From Bacteroidota bacterium (lineage in GTDB: Bacteria > Bacteroidota > Ignavibacteria > UBA10030 > UBA8401), in assembly GCA_027622375.1 (NCBI GenBank), contig JAQCAB010000009.1:743-64742 (forward strand): DNA of 64,000 nucleotides. The letters run 5' to 3'. Of this stretch, positions 1 through 9,344 are shown one piece after another (the first letter of the stretch is position 1; every line of letters starts with the position of its first letter). The notes beneath the pieces are model-generated. The model ran no database searches and was not told the origin of the DNA. It was given only the letters and a program-made list of their open reading frames with translations. Position numbers and translations under genes: made by a program.

Positions 1-85
1 TGCCGTGTCAGCCGCCGTCACGTATTCTCGTTCAGACTCTATTCGTTCACAGACTACTCTCTTTAATTCATAGCGGTAAGTTTTT

Positions 86-1396
86 ATGGCCATCATTGCT
101 CGTTCAACATCATCTGCCTTTGACTTTCATCTCCACACAGCATTCCAGTCGTGGCGGTACCGTATTTTCGGAGTCACGTGGCTGTTGTATGCGGGATACT
201 ATCTCTGCAGAAAAAATTATGCTGTTGCACAACCTGTCTTTATGCAGGAGTTTGGATGGAATGAACATCAGGTGGGCATCATTATCTCCACGTATTTGAC
301 GATGTACGCTGCGGGACAGTTTATTTCGGGCCCGCTGGGAGACCGGTATGGTGCACGAAGGATTATCATTATTGGTCTTTCACTCAGCGTCATGGCAAAT
401 CTGCTTTTCTCCCAAGTGTCCTCTATTCTTTTGATGGCTGTATTGATGGGAATCAATGGGTTGGCACAATCCACTGGATGGCCTAACAGCATGAAAACAA
501 TGTCGAACTGGTTCTCCCTCCACGAGCGGGGCAGGATGATGGCCTGGTGGGGAACGAACTATCAAATTGGCGACATTGTATCTACTGCTTTAGCTGCATT
601 TATAATTAGTTTTGCAACATGGCATGAAGCATTTTGGATACCGTCCATCGGACTTGTGGTGGTGGGAGTGGTTTTTTTATGGGGTCAACGAAATCGTCCG
701 GAAGATGCTGGTTTGCCGAGTATTATCGAGTATTTGGAACAAGAACCGAGTGAGAAGGATAAGAAAATCGAACCAGTCATCGAAATGGAATACTCTCTTA
801 AAGATATTCTTAAAGAAGTGTTGTGGAATAAATACATTTGGAATTTAGGATTTTCCTATTTTTTCTTGAAGCTAGTGCGGTATACATTTCTATTTTGGTT
901 GAGCACGTACCTCGTTCAAGTTATAGGATTTCGTGCCGATAAGGCGGGGTACATGAGTGTCATTTTCCCTCTCGCAGGATTTCTGGGTACGGTGGCTGCA
1001 GGGTACTCGTCCGACAAATTTTTTTCTGCAAGACGTGGTCCCGTGAGTGTGATTATGCTCCTTATGCTGCTCATTTCAATTTATGCCTATAGTCTTTTTG
1101 CAGCTCATCCTATTCTCGGTCCGCTGGTCTTAGGTTTCATCGGCTTCAATACGTTTGGGCCCGATACGCTGATCTCTGCAACCGCTGCAATGGATTTCGG
1201 GACTCGAAAGGCATCGTCAACGGCCGCAGGATTCATCAATGGACTTGGGTCAATAGGGGCTGCATTGAGCGGAGTGCTTGTCGCCTGGATTTCTGTCGAA
1301 TACGGATGGAGTGCAGTATTTTATTTTCTTATGGTAGCAACGGTAGCATGTATCATTCTTCAGTTTTTCATGTGGAACGCCCAGGGTAAGAACTAA
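86..1396 (+). CDS. MFS transporter, organophosphate:phosphate antiporter (OPA) family, GlpT/UhpC-like
   Basis: 436-aa polytopic membrane protein. The C-terminal segment (TAAMDFGTRKASSTAAGFINGLGSIGAAL) and the MAWWGTNYQIGD loop are typical of glycerol-3-phosphate/hexose-phosphate antiporters. It leads a phosphate-related cluster. Confidence 0.75.
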   Translation: MAIIARSTSSAFDFHLHTAFQSWRYRIFGVTWLLYAGYYLCRKNYAVAQPVFMQEFGWNEHQVGIIISTYLTMYAAGQFISGPLGDRYGARRIIIIGLSLSVMANLLFSQVSSILLMAVLMGINGLAQSTGWPNSMKTMSNWFSLHERGRMMAWWGTNYQIGDIVSTALAAFIISFATWHEAFWIPSIGLVVVGVVFLWGQRNRPEDAGLPSIIEYLEQEPSEKDKKIEPVIEMEYSLKDILKEVLWNKYIWNLGFSYFFLKLVRYTFLFWLSTYLVQVIGFRADKAGYMSVIFPLAGFLGTVAAGYSSDKFFSARRGPVSVIMLLMLLISIYAYSLFAAHPILGPLVLGFIGFNTFGPDTLISATAAMDFGTRKASSTAAGFINGLGSIGAALSGVLVAWISVEYGWSAVFYFLMVATVACIILQFFMWNAQGKN

Positions 1397-1433
1397 CATT
1401 TTATTACTAAGAGTTATTAATGGATGAGGATAT

Positions 1434-2531
1434 ATGACAAAATTTGTAATATGGTTTTTGTTTGCAACAGTATTCAGTACGATTACAGCAGTTGCTCAAG
1501 GCAAAACGGAAAATTTGTTTCTGATAACGATTGATGGTTTGCGATGGAACGAAGTGTTTACAGGTGCGGAGAGAAAATTGTTGAATAAAGATCGGGGCGG
1601 TGTGGACGATACTATTGGAGTGCAGGAGAAATTTTGGAGAGATTCGGCGAGCGCCCGCCGAAAGGCATTGATGCCATTTTTTTGGACAACCTTGATCAAA
1701 GAGGGCGTAGTATATGGGAATCGAAATCTTGGGAGCGAGGCAATTGTGACGAATGAGATTCGAATATCCTACCCTGGATATGCCGAAATTCTTACAGGTT
1801 CTGTGCAACCGGAAATTACTACGAATGAGAAGAAGCAAATTCAGGAAGTAACAATTCTGGAATTCCTCAAGAGTGAACTACAACTTTCAGATGTAAAGGT
1901 TGCAGCATTCACGTCGTGGGATCTCTATCCCTATGCCGTTAGTCGTAAACCAGGAGCAGTATATTGCAATGCTGGATATACACCGGTGAACGATGGCAGA
2001 TTGACTCAACGGCAATCATTTCTCAATGTTATACAAGATGAAATTCCCAAGCAATGGAGTAACGTTCGATATGACGCTTTAACGTTTCATCATGGCATGG
2101 AATTTATCAAGAAAAACAAACCAAGGGTCTTCTATTTTGCGTTCGGAGAAACCGATGATTGGGCGCACGATAAACGGTATGATCACGTTCTAGAAGCTGC
2201 ACACCGAGTTGACAATTACTTGAAGGAGATTTGGCAATTTGTTTCATCCGATCCACAGTATGCCGGCAAAACGTCGTTCATCATTACCGCAGATCATGGA
2301 CGTGGGAGCAGCGATACGGAGAATTGGACCAACCATGGCAGAGAAATACCGGGGTCAGAATATATATGGGTGGCCGTATTCGGTCCGGATTCCCAAAAGA
2401 AAGGGGAATTGTCTCAAACATCGATGGTGCACGCAAAAGACATTCCAGCAACAATGGCAAAACTATTTGGTTTGAATTTCCGAATGGTAGCGCCAGGATG
2501 CGGACAAACAATACCATTGGCTACGTACTGA
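1434..2531 (+). CDS. Alkaline-phosphatase-superfamily enzyme (type I phosphodiesterase/nucleotide pyrophosphatase-like), secreted
   Basis: N-terminal signal peptide. ITIDGLRWNEV near the N-terminus and FIITADHGRG near the C-terminus are the metal-ligand motifs of the alkaline-phosphatase (AP)/NPP fold. Confidence 0.6.
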   Translation: MTKFVIWFLFATVFSTITAVAQGKTENLFLITIDGLRWNEVFTGAERKLLNKDRGGVDDTIGVQEKFWRDSASARRKALMPFFWTTLIKEGVVYGNRNLGSEAIVTNEIRISYPGYAEILTGSVQPEITTNEKKQIQEVTILEFLKSELQLSDVKVAAFTSWDLYPYAVSRKPGAVYCNAGYTPVNDGRLTQRQSFLNVIQDEIPKQWSNVRYDALTFHHGMEFIKKNKPRVFYFAFGETDDWAHDKRYDHVLEAAHRVDNYLKEIWQFVSSDPQYAGKTSFIITADHGRGSSDTENWTNHGREIPGSEYIWVAVFGPDSQKKGELSQTSMVHAKDIPATMAKLFGLNFRMVAPGCGQTIPLATY

Positions 2532-2569
2532 CTCAATACCAAACAAATAGAACTAATCTGTTTGAATAG

Positions 2570-3976
2570 ATGACACAAAAAATAATTTCTTTGGAAGATG
2601 AAGCAGTGATGCAACGATTCAACTATGCACAACAACTTAAGCGAACACTTAAGCTGTTTGGATCGTTTGCTATCGCATTCAGTTTTATATCGATAACGAC
2701 AGGTATTTTTACAAACTATGGATTTGTGCTCTCAACTGCCGGTCCGGCGGGCATCTGGACATGGCCACTTGTCGCCGTTGGACAGACTCTTGTTGCTGTC
2801 GTATTCGCTGAGATATCCGTGAATATTCCAATTGCGGGATATTCCTATCAATGGCTCCGGAGGATGAACGCTCCCAGAACAGGATGGTTTCTTGGATGGA
2901 TATCATTTTGTTTTCTCGTTCTGGTCGTTCCAACCGTTGATTTTGGAATGGCACCCTTGCTGGCAAGCATTCTCGGATTGGAGATAACCCAGACGGTACT
3001 TATGAGCATTGTTCTCGCTACACTTATTCTTCAGTCGACAATCAACGTGATAGGTGTGAAACTTGCCGCACGAATAAATAACGCCGCAGTCTTTACCGAA
3101 GCTGTCGGTATCCTGGGGCTCACGGTCTTCCTTCTTATAAAGGTATTTTCAGCCCCTGAAATCAATCTCAATGTTCTCACGGATACAACAACAATGATAC
3201 CGGTCAATGGATCATATTTGGGTGTGTTTATTCTTTCGTCTCTCATGGGTGCGTTCACTCTTGTTGGCTTCGAAGCCGCAGCGAACATGTCGGAAGAGAC
3301 TGTGAATGCCAGCCATGTAGTACCCCGCGCAATAATCCTGTCTGTCATAATGAGCGGTGTCTTTGGAACACTTTTTCTTATTGCTTGTACGCTGTCGATA
3401 CCGGATGTAAACGCGATAGTCCGTCACCAAAACCCTCTTCCGTTCATCATTCAATCAAGTTTAGGGCCCACGATAGGAAAACTCTTTATCGTCCTTGTCA
3501 TAATATCAATATTTGCGTGCGGTCTTGTCATCATCACATCTGGAGCGCGTTTGATTTTTGCGATGGCACGGGACGGTCAATTTTTCTTCAACGACATTTT
3601 CAAAAAAGTCTCAGCGCGCCATAATTCGCCGGTCGCTGCAACAATGCTCATGCTCATACTTGGAGTGATCGTCACGGTGTTTTCGAACTCGCTGACATTA
3701 TTAGTTGGAGCGACCTCTGTTCTCCCAGCCGTTATTTATCTGGTCACGATCGTAACGTATGCGCGATATCGTAGTTCATTTTCGTTTACCATGGGAAGAT
3801 TTACGATGGGTAGATGGGCCACACCTATTATTATGATATCGATAATATGGTTGTGTATTGAACTTGCGATACTTACTGTTCCAGAACAATTTCATGAAAT
3901 AGCATATATGTCTGCCGCGATCATGGCAACAGGTATTGTTCTTCAATTTGTTTTTTTTCGAAAAGTTCAATCATGA
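2570..3976 (+). CDS. APC-family amino acid/polyamine permease
   Basis: 468 aa with about 12 predicted TM helices. The N-terminal region and overall architecture match the amino acid-polyamine-organocation (APC) superfamily. Confidence 0.7.
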   Translation: MTQKIISLEDEAVMQRFNYAQQLKRTLKLFGSFAIAFSFISITTGIFTNYGFVLSTAGPAGIWTWPLVAVGQTLVAVVFAEISVNIPIAGYSYQWLRRMNAPRTGWFLGWISFCFLVLVVPTVDFGMAPLLASILGLEITQTVLMSIVLATLILQSTINVIGVKLAARINNAAVFTEAVGILGLTVFLLIKVFSAPEINLNVLTDTTTMIPVNGSYLGVFILSSLMGAFTLVGFEAAANMSEETVNASHVVPRAIILSVIMSGVFGTLFLIACTLSIPDVNAIVRHQNPLPFIIQSSLGPTIGKLFIVLVIISIFACGLVIITSGARLIFAMARDGQFFFNDIFKKVSARHNSPVAATMLMLILGVIVTVFSNSLTLLVGATSVLPAVIYLVTIVTYARYRSSFSFTMGRFTMGRWATPIIMISIIWLCIELAILTVPEQFHEIAYMSAAIMATGIVLQFVFFRKVQS

Positions 3977-5532
3977 CCGAAGAAAGCAAATATTATTTAA
4001 AGTTCTCTACGATGTTGAAAGGTGTAAAAATGAATTGGAAAATATCAATGACGTTACCGGTAATCGCAATGATGTTACTATACGGCTGTGCAAGCTCTAA
4101 TGATTTGTTTCGAGCACCGACTGTTGGCATTCCATATGGTAGTCAGGTCCCAATCCTGGTCAAGGGAATCTCGCAAGGAAAAGTGCGAATTGAGTATCGC
4201 AAAACCGTCGATCCATTCGTTAGTTTTTCTGAATGGGGGCAACTCTCTGATAAGAATTCTTTGACAACAAACTTATTCTTAAAAGACCTCGATGCCGGCA
4301 CCGACTATACCTACCGCATAGAGTTTGAAGACGAGTCTTATTCCAAATGGTTCAAATTTAAGACGTTTCCGGAACAAGGCAAAGCGGGAAAATTCAACTT
4401 CATTTTTTCTTCATGTGTAAGAGAGAAATATTTGGGCTATAACGTATTTGGGCAAATAGAACAGCTATCACCTTCGTTTGTGGCATTACTTGGGGATCAA
4501 ATGTATGCTGATTACGATGGTGACGTAAATAAGATTGAACTCCATCGTACAAATGATAGCCTTCGTCAAGCAATTGTTAAGAAAGGTGAAGTTATTCTCA
4601 ACGACAAAACAGTGCTACAGGCTTTCAGAAATAAATATAATCGTGTATTTGACACAAACTTTCAAAATATGGCAAGTAGTATTCCACTCGCTGCTATTTG
4701 GGACGATCATGATTTTGGTAAGGATAATTCTGACAGTACATATCGGTATAAAGAGGAAGCAAAAAAGGTGTTTAAAGAGAATTATCCCGACTATTCGTTT
4801 ATTCAAAAAGATCGCGGAATCTATTATAAGTTTTCAATCGCAGATGTGGATATATTTGTTCTTGATACACGATGGTACCGTTCTCCTATGCAAACTGAGG
4901 ACGGCGGGTGGAAAACTATGTTAGGCGACGAGCAATTAGAATGGTTATTAAAAGAGTTAAAAAACTCGAAAGCAGTATTAAAAATTGTATTGTCAAGTGT
5001 TTCATTTAACGATTATGGAGGCGATACTTCTTCTGATAGAGTTGGTTATGACAATTGGAGTGGATATAAATTTGAACGTCATAAGATTTTATCTTTTATT
5101 AATGAAAACGATATTAATGGTGTGGTTGTATTTTCCGGTGATCAGCATTATCCAAGCGCTCACATTCTGAATTGGAAGAAACCTCTTTCCCCAATTTCTA
5201 GAACTGATAATTCAACAGAATATTCATTGAGTGATATTGGTCCGGTTGTATTCGATTTCTCTGCTTCTCCCCTGAGTTATAAGATTGCTACCGGAGATAC
5301 TCTAAAAATTGACAACCAGAAAAACCCTCAGTACTCATTTGAAATATTTAGGCCAGTATGGGCAATGCCCGACAAAGTGAAAAAGGATGATAACATTGTA
5401 ATAACATCTGTATTTGGTATTGCTGAAATAGATACGGAAAGTATTCCCGTTAAAATATCAGTAAGATTCTTTGAATTAGATTCTAAAACCTCTGCAATGG
5501 TAGAGATATATAAAACAACGGTTACATATTAA
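3973..5532 (+). CDS. phoD: PhoD-like phosphatase (alkaline phosphatase D family), lipoprotein
   Basis: Lipobox LLYGCASS. Metallophosphatase motifs GDQMYADYDGD, WDDHDFG and VVFSGDQHY are arranged as in PhoD. Its start overlaps the upstream stop (ATGA). Confidence 0.75.
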   Translation: MTEESKYYLKFSTMLKGVKMNWKISMTLPVIAMMLLYGCASSNDLFRAPTVGIPYGSQVPILVKGISQGKVRIEYRKTVDPFVSFSEWGQLSDKNSLTTNLFLKDLDAGTDYTYRIEFEDESYSKWFKFKTFPEQGKAGKFNFIFSSCVREKYLGYNVFGQIEQLSPSFVALLGDQMYADYDGDVNKIELHRTNDSLRQAIVKKGEVILNDKTVLQAFRNKYNRVFDTNFQNMASSIPLAAIWDDHDFGKDNSDSTYRYKEEAKKVFKENYPDYSFIQKDRGIYYKFSIADVDIFVLDTRWYRSPMQTEDGGWKTMLGDEQLEWLLKELKNSKAVLKIVLSSVSFNDYGGDTSSDRVGYDNWSGYKFERHKILSFINENDINGVVVFSGDQHYPSAHILNWKKPLSPISRTDNSTEYSLSDIGPVVFDFSASPLSYKIATGDTLKIDNQKNPQYSFEIFRPVWAMPDKVKKDDNIVITSVFGIAEIDTESIPVKISVRFFELDSKTSAMVEIYKTTVTY

Positions 5533-5592
5533 TGGTAATTCTGTTTCTATTTTTCCAAATACTGTAATCCTGCCTAGAACAGGAATGCTCTC

Positions 5593-7014
5593 ATGGATAC
5601 TCAATACGACATTGTAATAGTTGGTGCAGGAATAGTAGGCTGCGCCATTGCTTTAGAATTGTCCCGTTATAATATCACCGTTGCGCTAGTCGATAGCAGA
5701 AGCGATGTCGGTGCTGTTACGAGCAAGGCAAATAGTGCTATTCTTCACTCCGGTTTTGATGCTCCGCCACATAGCATTGAGTCATTGCTTGTCCAAAAAG
5801 GGTACAAACGTTTCAATGAATATTGTTCAAGTCTTGGTTTACCGATTGAAAAAATTGGAGGATTACTGATCGCGTGGGATCAGGAACAACTTCAATCTCT
5901 TCCCACTATCATTGAAAAAGGGAGGAAGAACGGGCAAAATAATCTTGTCATTAAAACTCCACAAGAAATTTATTCTGTTGAACCGAATCTTGGAGAAGGA
6001 GTGCTTGGTGGAATACTCATTCCTGACGAATCAATAACCTGCACTTTTACCGCCCCTATTGCTTTTGCAACAACCGCGGTGGTAAATGGAGTCACATGGC
6101 GAGGCGGAACACAAGTTCAGCATATTAAAAAAGAAAATAATTTTTATCGTCTCGCAACAAACAACGGAAGTATACAATGTCGCATACTTATTAACGCTGC
6201 GGGACTATATAGCGATGAGATCGATCGAATGGTGGGATTCGATAGGTTTACAGTTACACCGAGGAGAGGAGAATTTATAATACTTGATAAAGAAGCACGA
6301 TCATTACTATCGCATATTATTCTTCCCATACCTACAAAAATAACAAAGGGAGTACTGATATGTCCGACTATTTTTGGTAACGTCTTGTTGGGTCCAACAG
6401 CTGATAATATTCTTGATAAAAATGACACGTCGACGACAATTGAAGGTTTGGAGAATTTAAGGATGAAGGCGGTGCAATTAATGCCCAAGATATTAAACGT
6501 CCCAATTACAACTACATACTCGGGCTTACGTGCTGCAACGGAACATAGTGATTATCAATTATTTTTCGAACCACAGAGTTCATATATATGTGTTGGGGGA
6601 ATCCGATCTACGGGTATGTCGTCATCCCTCGGGATTGCAGAATTCGTCGTTGAACATTTATCAGAATTTGATCTAAAACTCGAAAACAAGATCAATTGGG
6701 CAACTGTAAAAATGCCAAATATCGCAGAATCCATTGAACGTGCAAGCCAATCTTCGGAGAAAATCAAGGGACATTCAAATTATGGGAAAATTGTTTGTCA
6801 TTGCGAACAGGTAAGCTTGCGGGAAGTAGAACTTGCATGCGAAGGTCCGTTACCGGCAAGAAGCTTAGACGGAGTACGTCGTAGAACTCGTGCTATGCTG
6901 GGAAGGTGTCAAGGTTTCTATTGTCTCCCAAATATAGTTGATATCTGTTCACATCAAATGAACAAAACCCCAGAAATTCTGTTGGGTATTGAAGAGAAAG
7001 GAAACATTAGATGA
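5593..7014 (+). CDS. FAD-dependent oxidoreductase of the glycerol-3-phosphate dehydrogenase/L-2-hydroxyglutarate oxidase family with C-terminal BFD-like [2Fe-2S] domain
   Basis: N-terminal FAD fingerprint DIVIVGAGIVGCAIALEL. The C-terminal CHCEQV...CQGFYC cysteine cluster is typical of the BFD-like domain found at the C-terminus of anaerobic GlpA-type enzymes. Confidence 0.7.
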   Translation: MDTQYDIVIVGAGIVGCAIALELSRYNITVALVDSRSDVGAVTSKANSAILHSGFDAPPHSIESLLVQKGYKRFNEYCSSLGLPIEKIGGLLIAWDQEQLQSLPTIIEKGRKNGQNNLVIKTPQEIYSVEPNLGEGVLGGILIPDESITCTFTAPIAFATTAVVNGVTWRGGTQVQHIKKENNFYRLATNNGSIQCRILINAAGLYSDEIDRMVGFDRFTVTPRRGEFIILDKEARSLLSHIILPIPTKITKGVLICPTIFGNVLLGPTADNILDKNDTSTTIEGLENLRMKAVQLMPKILNVPITTTYSGLRAATEHSDYQLFFEPQSSYICVGGIRSTGMSSSLGIAEFVVEHLSEFDLKLENKINWATVKMPNIAESIERASQSSEKIKGHSNYGKIVCHCEQVSLREVELACEGPLPARSLDGVRRRTRAMLGRCQGFYCLPNIVDICSHQMNKTPEILLGIEEKGNIR

Positions 7015-8267
7015 GCGAACAGAATATCTGGGACATCCTCATTGTGGGTGGCGGCCCTGCTGGGCTTTCCGCTGCGATTGCAGCATCTGAAAGACAAAAC
7101 ACTAAAGTGTTGATTTGTGAAAGAGAAGAAGTGTTAGGAGGAATACCGCGTCATAGCGATCATACCGGTTGGGGTACGAGGGATCTTCGGTGGAATTACT
7201 CAGGACCTGCTTATGCCAAGAAACTCATCTCCTTGGTGCAGAAATCTGGTCCAACCATTCATATAGGCACTACCATTCTTAAAATTGAAACAAAAGATGA
7301 TCTACATGATGTTCACACAGTGAGCCCTCAAGGTATTCAAATATTTAGAGCAAGAGTTGTTATCATTGCAACAGGTTGTCGGGAATCAACACGACATTCC
7401 CGTCTCTTACCAGGGAAACGGCCACTTGGAATATTCAATACAGGTGCTTTGCAACAATTTGTCCACTCAAAAGGGATTTCACCTGGGACCCGTGCAGTAA
7501 TTTTAGGAAGTGAACACGTCTCATTTTCAGCGGTGATGACATTGAAAAAAGCGGGAATAAAAATTGTTGCGATGATTGAACCTGATGCATATACCCATAG
7601 TTTTTCTCCGGTGTCATGGCTATTTCAGAAATGGTATAATTTTCCAGTTCTGCTCAACAACCGTATAGTGGGCATCAATGGGGATAGCCGTGTCTCGAGT
7701 ATTAAAGTTGAGGATATGCTCACTCATCAGAAAAATGAAATACAATGTGATACTTTAATTGTATCAGGTGATTTTACTCCCGAAGTTACTCTTGCAATAA
7801 ATTCAAATTTAGCTATCGATCCTGCCACAAAAGGTGTTTTTATAGATTCTATGCTTCAAACTGACCGGAAAGGAATATATGCTTGTGGTAATGTTCTTCA
7901 TGGTGCAGAAACAGGAGATATTGCAGCACTTGAAGGACGATGGGCAGGAGGTAATGCAATTAGATATCTTGATCATCAAATGTTCGAAGCACAAAAAATT
8001 CGCATTAGTTGTGAATCTCCAATCGCTTGGATTTCTCCCGGAAATATCTTAAGCCCTTCACAGACCGTTCCAGCCTTCCTCTATACTATGCACGTGAATC
8101 AGCGCGTAAGGAATGCCGTTGTGAGTGCTCGGTGTAATGGTGAAATTATCTGGAAGAAAAATTATGGAACGCTTACGCCCAATAGACGTATCCCAGTTCC
8201 GGTTCGAAATTGGAAAATACCTGCGGGCATAAGTAGCCGGGATTTGATTCACTTGTCGATTGAGTAG
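7011..8267 (+). CDS. FAD/NAD(P)-binding pyridine nucleotide-disulfide oxidoreductase family protein (probable partner subunit of the upstream dehydrogenase)
   Basis: DILIVGGGPAGLSAAIA Rossmann motif plus a second dinucleotide motif ILGSEHVSFSAV. ATGA overlap with the upstream gene indicates translational coupling. Confidence 0.65.
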   Translation: MSEQNIWDILIVGGGPAGLSAAIAASERQNTKVLICEREEVLGGIPRHSDHTGWGTRDLRWNYSGPAYAKKLISLVQKSGPTIHIGTTILKIETKDDLHDVHTVSPQGIQIFRARVVIIATGCRESTRHSRLLPGKRPLGIFNTGALQQFVHSKGISPGTRAVILGSEHVSFSAVMTLKKAGIKIVAMIEPDAYTHSFSPVSWLFQKWYNFPVLLNNRIVGINGDSRVSSIKVEDMLTHQKNEIQCDTLIVSGDFTPEVTLAINSNLAIDPATKGVFIDSMLQTDRKGIYACGNVLHGAETGDIAALEGRWAGGNAIRYLDHQMFEAQKIRISCESPIAWISPGNILSPSQTVPAFLYTMHVNQRVRNAVVSARCNGEIIWKKNYGTLTPNRRIPVPVRNWKIPAGISSRDLIHLSIE

Positions 8268-8549
8268 GCATCCAGCCCCAATTTATAAATCAATCGAGTA
8301 ATTAAAATTCTTCAAGCATTTACAATCAGAAGTGGTAAATCAATTACAATTGCCGAAGGTTGACGTACCAGATGTCCTCATCGAAGTATTATAGCAAGAT
8401 TAAATATTAAAGAGTATGGCATTTTTATTAATCTACAATTTCCATACAAAAATTTCTAATTAGTTCTCACTGAAAAAGTCAGTTAATCATGAAACCTTTA
8501 AGAATGTTGTACGTCTAAAAGCATAACAAATACCGAGGAAAAATACGTT

Positions 8550-9027
8550 ATGCGTGCAAAGACAACCCAGCAATTAAGTTTCGGCGATGGATTCATAGAT
8601 CCATCACTGTATGAACTTGATGAAGAACTAAAGCGAGTCGATCAATTACTCTCACAAAAAGAGTTTTTGAAGCCCTTTGAAGATATCTTCAGTGAGACAA
8701 TGGGACGTCCCGGTACACCGATTCCGGTCTATCTGCGCATGCAATACTTAAAATCACGATTCGGACTTACCTATGAAGAAGTCGAACGCGAAGTAGCCGA
8801 ACGAATTCCTTGGCGATTCTTTTGACATTTGACATTGCAAGATCGTGTGCTGGATTCAACAACATTGATCAAACTGAATTAACGTTTTGGCGATGAACGC
8901 CTTGCCCTATTAAATAAAGCGTTAGTCAAACACATGGTGAAATCAAAAGCAATCCGTCCACGCAAAATTCGCATTGATTCTAAAACAATAGAAACCCATA
9001 TCTCATATCCAACAGATATTGGGCTTT
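8550..9027 (+). mobile_element. Decayed IS5/IS1182-family transposase gene (pseudogene, 3'-truncated)
   Basis: The N-terminal InsH-like domain (GRPGTPIPVYLRMQYLKSRFGLTYEEVEREV) is followed in the same frame by two in-frame stops (TGA at 8823, TAA at 8880). The DDE-domain start IDSKTIETHISYPTDIGLL then follows. The reading frame ends abruptly where MFS-gene homology begins. Confidence 0.65.
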
Positions 9028-9276
9028 TGCACGTTTGGTCCAGATACACTCATCTCTGCAACTGCAGCAATGGATTTCGGTTCGCGCAAGGCTTCTTCAA
9101 CCGCTGCCGGATTTATCAATGGACTTGGATCAATTGGGGCAGCATTAAGCGGAGTGCTTGTCGCATGGATTTCTGTCGAATTCGGGTGGAGTGAAGTATT
9201 TTATTTTCTTATGGCTGCAACCGTTGCATGCATTGTTCTTCAGATTTTCATGTGGAACGCTCGTGGAAATAATTAA
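9021..9276 (+). pseudogene. 3' fragment of a diverged paralog of the MFS OPA transporter gene
   Basis: Nucleotides 9031-9276 align colinearly with 1151-1396 at roughly 85% identity (about 86% at protein level for the last ~80 codons). No upstream coding sequence exists for the rest of the protein. Confidence 0.8.
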
Positions 9277-9344
9277 GAATTTCATGAATCACAGAAATGA
9301 TAAAAAAATATTTATAGTTTCCAACTAATTTATAACATTACATT

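Noticed and set aside
1407-1838. 143-aa minus-strand ORF overlapping the intergenic region and the AP-superfamily gene
   Set aside because: It overlaps a much better-supported plus-strand gene. It is Cys/Lys/Arg-rich low-complexity sequence with no motif, and is the antisense reading of the coding strand.
8550-9194. Possible frameshift between the two transposase ORFs (8550-8825 and 8934-9194)
   Set aside because: Both ORFs are in the same frame. The interruption is due to two in-frame stop codons (TGA at 8823, TAA at 8880), not a frameshift. The tail of the second ORF is a spurious alternate-frame reading of the MFS fragment.
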